A stretch of DNA of 64,000 nt, from the NCBI RefSeq assembly GCF_902459465.1, contig NC_047068.1, forward strand, positions 19,406,001 to 19,470,000, written 5' to 3'. The position numbers and the translations under genes are program-made. The notes under the pieces were generated by a model. The model ran no database searches. It was not told the origin of the DNA and worked only from the letters and a program-made list of their open reading frames with translations. Shown here piece after piece: positions 12,396-22,693 of this stretch (positions are counted from its first letter, which is position 1; each line of letters begins with the position of its first letter). This DNA is from Asterias rubens (taxonomy: Eukaryota).

Positions 12396-14389
12396 TATTA
12401 AAACTTTACTTCATGTATAAGTCAGTTTCCCTTGTGGTTTCTTACTTGATTCTTAAAAAGTGCATGCATCATGAAAAACATTGACGAAGCCCTCTGGATT
12501 ATTTCTGTTGTGTGGATGCTGGACAAGTGTTTAAATTACCTGGGTGTTTCAAGCCATGCATTTAAAACAAGTGTTACTAATATTCACTCTAATTAACGCA
12601 TCTTGTTTCTAATGCAAACAACAGACACCGTAATCAAACACTGATGTCATTCACACGCCTACTTAGGAAATGATGGAGTTTATAATAATTAGGGAAATCC
12701 TGGATCCATGTCCAATGCATGTTCGTAATCAATTACAGGTCGATTGTCATTACTTACAGAGGTTGGAATGTGAATTTCTTACTGGTGTGAAATTGAGAAC
12801 AACTAATTCTAAGCTTAGAGTAATTTGAGACGCCTGATTCTTAACTTAATAAAGGGAGTTAGAGAAAGGAAGCCTTGCATGTGGTAATGACTTTGTGCTT
12901 TTGAACAAATGGGTTAAATTTACCAGGGACATTGTTGATTTAAATGTGGATTGCATTTCAAGTGTGAACTGTTTTTTTTTAAGGTTAACTGTCTAAAAAC
13001 ACATATAAAAAAAATAAGAAGTTTGTTGATATACAGTCAAAGTCGCAGTTAGCATTAGTAAGAAACCGTTTTGACGGTTGAGTTAACAACCACCTTCAAG
13101 AACAATTACCTATTGTCTACATATACTAGATCCCTTTTAATAAGCGCTTTTTTGTACTAGTTTGTATATCTGGTATTATTTTCTTTTCTTATTTGTTTTT
13201 AATAGGTTTATTATTTTGTTATTTATTTTTTTTCGTTTGGGTGGGGGTTAGGGTCATACCAAGTGTAGTTGGAATAAAAGTCATCTAACGAAAATTGATT
13301 ATCTATTTCATTCATGTTTTCGGGCCTCAAGTTCGCTCTTGAAGGGGGCATCAATTTTGCTCTGGTAAGGGGCACCTCTGTAGGGAAAATGTAGCCTTAC
13401 CTTGTATTTCAAAGGTTACAGCAGCACAAACACAGGGGCCACTGCAATTGCTATAGTATATGGGTTAATTGAGGCCCGTATTCAGTTTACAAATGTATTC
13501 AGCTTTAGATAATCTGTCTTAAACATCCACTGCCTATAAAAATCCCCAATTCTGATACTGTCATCATATCCAGAATCTCATTTAGTTTCAAGGTTTTCTT
13601 GATTTGCAAAATATGCAAACATTGTGCATGATGAGGTTAAGGATAATTTATTGAATGCACAGTAAACAACTTCCTGAACAGACAAACCATAAAAGTGGGT
13701 GTACAATTGTACACAGAGCTGATTGTTGAACTTTGGACTCTGTTTGTAGGTGTGGTTCCGGTTCTGTTTAATGGGATGTACATTATATGTATGTCTGTTT
13801 ATACATTGCACAAGATTGACCATAAAGGAGTTTAAACATATATGTCACCTGCATCAGTGTCATTAATTTCTAATGAAGCAGAACTCAAAATTATAAGGAA
13901 GGGTCGTTTTGGGGTTCATTTTGTTCATAAAAAGGAAAGCAAATAATAAATCCCTCAATCAAATTAATGTGACAATATTCCCAAGTTGTAAATTTCAGAC
14001 GGGGCCTGTTTCTATGACCTAAAAACAAAATTAAATCAGCAACTATAATTATAAACAAATGTGCCAATCATTCAGAAGACTCTAACCAGAGTACGAGTAA
14101 GCAAAAGTGCTATGTAGCTTACTGGAACTGTTTACAGGCCAGCCACCGATTTCACCAAACTCATCCTAACTTAGTATTAAAAGCGCCTTGAGGCGTATTC
14201 TTTCTGCCGTTGTTTTTGCGCTTTATAAATTTCTCTTTATTATTATTATTATTATTATTAATCCTAGGACTTGGACAAATTCACTTCCGTGACCATACGT
14301 AAGGACACATTGAATCCATCCTAAGTAGAAGGACAGTTACTCGTCCTAACTCGAGAAAGAATTAATTTTAGCGTTTCGTGAAATTGGCT

Positions 14390-14567
14390 GCAGGGCGTAT
14401 TTCATAGAGCTGCAAAAACTTTTCTGCCAAGTACAACTAAGCAGAATACCAGTTCCATTTTGAACATTTAAAATGGTATTATAGCTAGTAAATTTATCCT
14501 GGTAAGCATAATTTTGTTGTGCTTAGCAACTTTTTATGCCGTGGATGCTCTATGAAATTGGGCCCCT
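14390..14567. mobile_element. Dispersed MITE family with GGGCCC(A)ATTTCATA(G/A)AGC termini (Harbinger-like)
   Basis: Similar termini and core at about 3080-3330, 27930-28080, 29490-29680, 30450-30575, 57100-57172 and 61720-61757. Confidence 0.55.
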
Positions 14568-16114
14568 GATGATACTTCATGGAGGGTAACTTAGAGGCAA
14601 TCACACTTATGCCCCTGATGGTCATTCATTGCCTTTGTGCCCCTCAAAAGTTTCAGTACAAATCCTAGAACAAAATGTGTGGCTGGTGTTCTGACAGATT
14701 CACTGCTTATTTCTCTATTCAATCTGAAAGCAATAAATTCTGCATTATATTTGACCCCAAAAAACAAATTTGTAACAATCAAAAACTAAAAACTTGATAC
14801 CATTAGCAGTCTGAATTTTAAAAATTCCAAAATTGTTTTAAAAAAATGTTTGCATACATTCCGAGTAGAATACAATTGAGCAAGAATTTCTCATTAAATT
14901 TCAAAATAAAAATAGAATATAATTGAGAGTTGAAACAGTTTCCTATCAAGAACCTATCATTATGCGCAGTTGACCACAGCGTTCAGTTGAATGAGGTTTA
15001 CAGCCATGCAACTGTAACTTCCACCAAAAAAGAGGAAATTCCAAACTGCAATAATTTTGTTTAGTATTTTTCAATTTTGAATGGTAAAACTGAGAATAAA
15101 AAAAAGAGGATTCAGTTGATCCGAGGAAAAGTTGCATGCATGGGTTTAGAATGAGAGGATCCAATTTTATCATTGGATCGAGTGACATACTGACTACTCG
15201 CCAATATGCAATTAATTTCTCGGTTGATTGCAATTTCACGGGGGAATTATGTCATCACTAAGTAGGTAAAAAGTCCTTGTGTATGATGGATTTTATACAC
15301 TTGGGAAAAAAAGCTACAATTTCATAGAGCTGTAGAGGTACATGTTTTATTACAAATCTTTTATTAGAAGGTCCTTCCTATCCTAGCAAGACACTAGGCA
15401 AAATTTTATAATTCAAGCAGGAATTAAACAGGATAAAATCACACTTACCAATTCCATGATGATGTCTTGTCAACTTTTATCCAAAATAAAGAGTGAATAA
15501 CCAACAACACATAGTTGGATAACGACGCATTTAGCTGCTATAGTGTTGTACAATGTGTTGTGATGAGCTCACAATTGTTGATGTGTTTCAAGAGTTAACT
15601 CAGAAAACAGTAGTTAAGCCTGGTAATGGTAAGCTTTCTGCAAAGAAAACAAAATATATAAATCAACACAAAAGGCTCATAATGAAAAATTAATATATTT
15701 CCATATTTTAGCTTTAAATCTATCACAATTATTGCTATCAATTCTTATAAAGAAAAACAAAGCTTTTCATGGTGGTGGCAGAGTTTAAAATACCAGTTAC
15801 TGATTTCATTGAATTAATGATACTTAAAACACATGTGTTTAAAATAGTTTAAGATAGTCAATATAGTATATAAACTTACACGTCCACGGTTTGTATTATT
15901 TATATGTTACCACTAGGATGCGACAGTATCTTGCCTCAGCTACATGTCCTGAATTCTACTACTTAGCTTATCAATATCAACCTGCAATGCAATCCTGTAT
16001 AGCTGGGACTGTTTGGGTAAAAACCCGTAGGCCCATTATGCATACATCATCAGTGTACAAAGTTCTCTCAAATGGATATATGATCAAGATAAGCCAAACA
16101 CCAATCTAACTCAC

Positions 16115-16132
16115 AGACAAATCCACTATCAT
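16115..16132 (-). CDS. Candidate first coding exon of the myosin (MIVDLS)
   Basis: ATG ATA GTG GAT TTG TCT is followed by GTGAGT, phase 0, which matches the phase-0 acceptor at 9712. A further GTAAGT donor at 18413-18408 could end a non-coding first exon. There is no homology support. Confidence 0.3.
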
Positions 16133-16584
16133 CAACTCATCAGTACAGAAAGTTTTTGTCAAAATCACTGCACTGTGGACGTGTAACTCTTGTTGGCAAT
16201 AAATCCAAGCAACGGCAAAAGCAATCAGAATCAGGCACTACAAACAGTGTGCAAATATCATGGTCTTTATGGCTGATGAATATCTGGGTAAAGTGGATGA
16301 ATGTCACGTAGTTTAGTACTAGATTCACATCCTGGTTATTATTGGAGGATTCTGTGTGGAATTAATTCTGATTTATAGAGGAAACCTTTCAACAGGCATG
16401 ATTATTTGGCCCTTGGAAGAAAAAAAAAATTGAGCACAAGGGCTGACCTACTTGTTCATATAAATGGTGTACGGTTCTGATTGTTCTACGGGTAACCCCC
16501 CCCCCCCCACGCCCCCAATAACTGAAATCCAAGTACAAAGAGTGTCAAACCTGTTTCAATGATGGGACTTACTGTTAGCACTTA

Positions 16585-16920
16585 AAAGCGCTTGTAACCG
16601 TTTGTTATAAAATGCATGGTTGGAAAGAAAAAGTAGAACACAATGATCAACACACATTTGCCTCGAAATTGCGTGGTTTTCCTTTTACTTTGCGAACTAA
16701 CACAGTCGGCCATTTATGGGAGTAAAAAATTTAACTCCCATAAATGGCCGACCATGTTTGTCGACGAGGTAAAAGGACCACGCATTTTCGAGTGATACTT
16801 ATGTGGATCCTTATTTTCTACTTTTAAAATATCTTTCTAATCATATGAATTTTATGACAAATGAATACAAACGCTTTTCAAAGACCAACTCGACCGATCC
16901 AAGGCAACGTGTTCCTTTAA
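16585..16920. mobile_element. TTAA-terminated element (different subfamily) with an internal 18-bp perfect hairpin
   Basis: Ends in ...GGCAACGTGTTCCT-TTAA (16917-20). TCGGCCATTTATGGGAGT (16706-23) pairs perfectly with 16734-51. Confidence 0.5.
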
Positions 16921-18913
16921 ATATGATCAGTTAAAGGACAAATTTGTAACAATCAAAAACTAAAAACTTGATACCATTAGCAGTCTGAATTTAAAAAAAA
17001 TGTTTGCATACATTCCGAGTAGAATACAAGGGCCTACCTTTTCTGCAATTAAATTGCCTTACACTTCTTTTACATAATGTCCTAAGTCTGGTTTCATCAA
17101 AATTCATTCAATTCCAAAGGTTTAGAATTTTTGCCCCAATTGAAGAATCAAATTAACTTGATTTCCTTTGACAATTCTCTCAGTATAAATATTTCCCTCT
17201 TATTAGCCTTACTGTAATTTTTAACAGCTCAAAATTAAAACTTACATTGTTCTTATTTTTATTTAGTTCAATTTAAATTATAAGCTAGATTATAAGCTAA
17301 TTTTTGTGGTTTGACTTGCCAAGCAAAGACTCTCCTCTCCCTTGACCAAAACTTAGAAACACGTTAGGCTCCACTGGTTATTTGCACTTGTAAATGCAAA
17401 CAGTTTGGTATTTTAGGCATTTATACAGGGTACAAAAATATGTCATAATGTTGAGGCCATATAACAAAAAATTGCCCACCGAAAAGGTTTCATCAAACAC
17501 TATTTCAATTCACAATTCATGATCAAATCATGTGACTAAATATTTTGCTGAGCATTCTGGAAAAAAAATACAGAGGCTTAAAGAAGCTGTGTTTTTTATT
17601 TTTTAACCCTCATATCAAGATTATTATTCATATTAAAATTTAAACATCAGCTTGTTGATTCAACTATCGCTGTTTATTTAAATGCTGTATTATAAATATT
17701 AAGAAAAAAGGGAAAAAAATAAATAAATAAAAATCAGATTTGAAAGCCAATAATTATTCACACTTTTTCTTTTATTTTTTATTTTTGAATTTTTTGCAAA
17801 ATTACCATGGTAATTTTTAAAATTTCATAACTTAAAAAAAAAAAAAAAAAATTAAGACAACTGCTGGCTATAGTCATACACAGAGTCTCACAGAACACTT
17901 GTAGTCACTGTAGATGTTTCTACCATGTATGGCTTCACTGGGAAACCATACTTTCTTGTTTGCCGTGAAAACAGGAAAAACACATTATTAATAACAAAAA
18001 AATGGGGCCAGTTGAAGTCATCAAAGATCGGTATGTGGTGTGAACATTTCAATGTCCATCAAGTTTTAATATATTTGTTTGAATACTTCATACTAAAAAA
18101 TGAAGATAATTAGGGCATCGGTTGATATATGGCACCATTATTTTCTTCCCAATTCAAAGAAAATACCGTGAAAACTGGTAAGTGGAGGATACACATTCAT
18201 GCGCGTCATTGAAAACACATACAATAATTTCTCAACGACGTGAAAAACCACGTCCAATTTCTGACCTAAAATGTTCCATAATGGGTCGCTAAATTTCACT
18301 TTAGGACCGTCAGTCCATGCCACGTGAATCAATGAATATCCTTCTCACAAGTGGGGTTGTTAATAAAGATTATTTTAGAATAATATACGAAATTTAAGTG
18401 AATTTTTACTTACGGGTTTTGATAGCCGCCAATGTCGTGCTTCTTGACTCAATTGCGTACAAAAAGCTGAGCAGACGACACATAGATACGATCTTTGGAT
18501 GACATGCACAAAGTTCGCGTTTAAAATACAAACCATTTTCCAAAAAGGTGAGCAAAAAGTTATAAATAAAATATCAGCTTAAAACTTCGGGTCAAGAAAT
18601 ACACTAGTCAGTCACTACACAATTATAACGTTCACTCTGAGCAAATATTTTTCGAAAAATTCCAAGTTTTAATTTAATAACTAGATACAAATGCAGAAAC
18701 GATGTGTTTTGCGCATTCAAACACCCCTCTACACCAAAATGGTAGACTCCTAAAAAAACGCAGCGGTAGCGATGAAGTGCGCCACCTTGGGTTACAATTA
18801 TTATTTGGAAATAATATTTGCAGAAATGTCGTGTGATAGCGCCCTCGTTTGAACAAAATTGCTTCAGCCCGTTTTGGGAGAGGGGGCGGGGCACACACAT
18901 TGTGGACGGGGAG

Positions 18914-18926
18914 AGGGGAATCCCCT
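18914..18926. promoter_or_regulatory. Perfect NF-kB (p50-type) palindromic site AGGGGAATCCCCT
   Basis: Exact 13-mer, identical to the one at 22309-22321. Confidence 0.45.
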
Positions 18927-20250
18927 TTTGACTTGACACAGGGGACACACCCCCTTTACAGGGACACACCTCGCAATGCTGTACAAGTACACCCCAACAT
19001 CATTTCCAAGCCCTGTCCTACATACGTGTTGGACCGAGGGTGATCAAGTATTAAAGTGTAAAATAAATGAGGCAAATGTACATTGCTTTTCGATCGAGAG
19101 CATCTTTTAAAACAACTAAACAAACTTGGGGTTTTCCAGTTGGTGCATTTTAGGATGAGCATGGGCCTAACCACAATGCTACAAAAAAGAACCCAGCAAA
19201 ACAAGGGGAGGTATATCATGATTCAATAATCCGTCCACAAAAAAACTATGTGATCCTTTGTAAAAAATATTGGTGGTACATTGCGGGGAATTAAACATTC
19301 TTTGCCTTGTTTAGGACACGATCGTGACATTAATAAGTTTCTCAGAAAGTTTTATTATGTTTACAAATTCAGTTAAAGGCCCTCTTTCGTCAAAGTAAAA
19401 AAGCACTTTTTACAATATTAGTGATGTCTGCCACCTAAACAGATTCATGCGTGTAGGCGTTGTGACTGAGCACATGCACAATACAATACAATAATCAGTC
19501 CCACCATGCATCAAACATCCTCTACAAAAACTTATTTAAAGGGAAGGTACACGTTTGGTAATCACTCTTAAAATTAGTGAAAATAAAAACTATTGGCTGG
19601 AACCTTAGGCTCTATATAAAGCGTTTTGAGAAACATTTCACTTTGATCTTGAACCTTAAGCCTACGATGATGCAAGCATGCAGTCCAGATCCACTTGTTC
19701 GAATTAACTCAACTTCCTGTATACAAGGTTTCAATAAACCTCAAAAGGGGAATCGATTCGAACTGTGGACAGCAAACTGTGGTTACATTTGAATTGTGCA
19801 ACATGTTAAATCATGCTTTAAAGGCACTGGACACCTTTGGTTTGTCAGACCAGTATTCTCATTTGTGTCCCAAAAAATATAAAATCTGTGAAAACTTGGA
19901 CTCATTATTGGTCATCCAAGTTGAAAGAGAAATGAGAATATTGAAAGAAAAAACACTCCTTGTTGCACAAATTTGTGTGATTTCAGATCAGATACCTATT
20001 AATAAAAGTCATCAAAGTATCATCTTTATGACATTTAGTTAACATTCAATTCAGCCATATAAAGTTTGTATTAAGAGGTGATAAATAACTTCTATTGTGT
20101 CGTCCCCCGTAATGATTTTTTAACTATCAATCACTGTTATCAAAAGTTTGTTTCAATGAATGATAAAAGATGAAAAATGAATCAACCTATGCAACTTGGT
20201 TGGCATCTTCCGAAAAAAACAATTTGGGTCGGGAGGGGCTGAAATATTAT

Positions 20251-22076
20251 TTACGCTATTTGCCCTCCGCTTCTGCCCTTCTGCCCTCCTTGTTGTCCTG
20301 GTTGTTGCTTTTGTTGTGGTTTCTGTTGTTGTTGACCTTGCTGATGAACTTGCTGGACTTTTTGCTTCTGCCCTACACTACATTGTTGTCCTAATTGTTG
20401 CTGCAGCCTTTGCTGTTGTTTCTGTTGCTGTTGTTGTTGCTGACGTAGTTGCTGTTGTAGTTGCTGGACGTTATGCTTCTGCCCTTTGCGTTGATGTTCT
20501 AATTGATGATGAAGCTTTTCCAAATGTCTCTGTTGCTGTTCACGTTGCTGGTGCAGCTGCTGTTGTAGTTGCTGGCGCTTCTGCCCTTCGGGTTGCTGTT
20601 TTAATTGTTGACGAAGCTCATGCTGCTGTGTCTGTGTTGTTGACGATGCTGATGTAGCTGCTGTTGTAGTTCCTGGACGTTATGCTTCTGCTCTTCGCGT
20701 TGTCGTCCTAATTGGTGATGCAGCTTTTCCTGTTGTTTCTGTCGCTGTTGGGCTTGTTGATGTAGGTGATGTTGGAGTTGCTGGAGGTTACGCTTCTGCC
20801 CTTCGCGTTGTTGTCCTAGTTGTTGACGGAGCTCATGCTGCTGCGTCTGTTGTTGTTGTCGGTGCTGATGTAGCTGTTGTTGTAGTTGCTGGAGGTTACG
20901 CTTCTGCCCTTCGCGCTGTTGTCCTAATTGTTGACGGAGCTCATGCTGCTGCGTCTGTTGTTGTTGTCGGTGCTGATGTAGTTGCTGTTGTAGTTGCTGG
21001 AGGTTACGCTTCTGCCCTTCGCGCTGTTGTCCTAATTGTTGATGCAGCTGTTCCTGTTGTTTCTGTCGCTGTTGGCGTTGCTGCTGCAGCTGATGTTGTA
21101 GTTGCTGGAGGTTACGCTTTCGCTCTTCCTGTTGTTGTGCTAGTTGTTGATGAAGCTGATTCTGTTGCTGTTGACGTTGTTGACGTTGTTGACGTTGTTG
21201 ACGTTGTTGACGTAGCCTGTTACCTTGCTGCTGCTCATGTTGTTGTCCAAACTGTTGGTGCAGCACTTGCTGCTGGATGTGCCGCTCTTCTTGACGAAAA
21301 CGGTCAGGGAAGTATTCTTGCATTGTTTGGGCGAGTTCACCATGCCAACTCCCTTCCAATGGTAACTGCTGCTGTCCGAGTGCTGCTTGTCGAAGATGTT
21401 GCTGTCCTTCGTGCTCTTGTATGTTTGCTGGTTGCGCACAGTTAGCCGTTATCGGTGTATTGTCATTTCTTGAGTGCAGCCCATCAACCTGGTGAAAACG
21501 TTGCTGACCCAGCTCCACTTCATCTACATGTTCTTGTAACCATTCCTCTACACCTAGTTCCCCCGATTCTGCATTTTGTTTATTCTTCCCCGGTGGTTCC
21601 TCTGGTTGCTTCTGGTGATGCACATCATCAGGTTGTTGCTGTTCTGGTTCAGATTCTTGCAGATGTTGTTTCACAAGCTGCTCAGTCCATATCACGTCCA
21701 AACGTGTCTCCACCGCATGGAACTTCCCAACGATTTCTGCAAGCTGGAAGTTCCGCGGTAGACATTCGACAACCTCAGTACCGTTCAGGTGTACCTTTTT
21801 CCGGCATAGAGGGCACTCTAGCTCCCAATGGCTGCCATCAAGACCCTGTGGCCTGGTTTCCAACCCTGCAACACAATCCAGACAGAAGCTATGCTGACAT
21901 GGAAGAACAACTGGGTCTTGGTAGAAATCCAAACACAAAGGGCACTGCAGCTCATCTTTTAACTCTTTAAGCGACTCATCAAGTCGTTCGATTGCTGAAA
22001 ATTGTTCTGGTGGTGGTGGTGGTTTTGCTGCCGACATTTCACTCGTTTCAAAGTTATCTTTAAAAAAGGAGTTCAT
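20251..22076 (-). CDS. Single-exon C3HC4 RING-finger (TRIM-type RING) protein with a long Gln-rich repeat tail; a 1-nt frameshift near 20637 truncates it at 20601
   Basis: RING CPLCLDFYQDPVVLPCQHSFCLDC...CPLC at 21944-21804. ATG at 22076 or 22037 (the ORF-track start at 22088 is TTG). 36-aa (108-bp) repeats. Adding one A restores an open frame to the TAA at 20251. Confidence 0.78.
20300..21250 (-). repeat. Coding tandem repeat, 108-bp period, with CAA/CAG-rich filler
   Basis: CTGGAGGTTACGC recurs at 20781, 20889, 20997 and 21105 (spacing 108), with diverged units on both sides. Confidence 0.9.
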
Positions 22077-22308
22077 GTTATGTTCCAACCATCCATACTA
22101 TGTGCTCTGATACACTATAGGCTATTCATATATATCCTGTTATTAATACAGCACAGGATACAGTAGGGATGGGCAAGGCAGAATGACGTAGTCAACAAGT
22201 CAAAATAAAATATGTGCCAACTTAGCCTACAGTGTGACCAAGCAGTCCTGTTGTATCGAATTAACTCAACTTCCTGTCAACTCGGATTCAATAATCATAT
22301 TTCCTCGA

Positions 22309-22321
22309 AGGGGAATCCCCT
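22309..22321. promoter_or_regulatory. Perfect NF-kB (p50-type) site about 230 bp upstream of the RING-polyQ ATG
   Basis: AGGGGAATCCCCT, with an ETS-like ACTTCCTGT (22269-77) and a CRE half-site TGACGT (about 22184) nearby. Confidence 0.5.
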
Positions 22322-22693
22322 TTGTGGGAAATAATTCTAGATTCAAACTGTACAGCAAGCTGTAACACATGAATTGCATATTTTGAAATAAATTTATATG
22401 CGTAGCAAGAAAGTCAAAAAATTATCAACATGACAACTAGTTCACATTCAATTCAGCGAAATTAAGTTTAAATAAAGGCACTCGGCACCTTATGGTAATT
22501 GTCAAAGACCAATATTCTCACTTGTTACCCAACGACACACGCATAAAATAGCAAATCTGTGAAAATTCTTTGCTTAACTTGTCTTCAAAGTTGCAAGAGA
22601 ATAAAGACAGGAAAAACACCATTGTTCCACAAGTGTTTGCTTTCAGATGCCTAACAAAAGGCTTCAAGCATGGAATCTTTTAATGTTCAAGTA

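Noticed and set aside
18000-20250. Hidden B-box or galectin exons for the RING-polyQ paralog
   Set aside because: By eye I found no galectin or B-box motifs in suitable minus-strand frames; only a weak GTAAAA donor exists near the stop.
20196-21970. Plus-strand Val/Ala/Asp-rich ORFs (20196-20657, 21137-21445, 21455-21970) and the alternative-frame minus ORF 21140-21439
   Set aside because: These are shadow frames of CAA/CAG repeats, which lack stop codons by composition.
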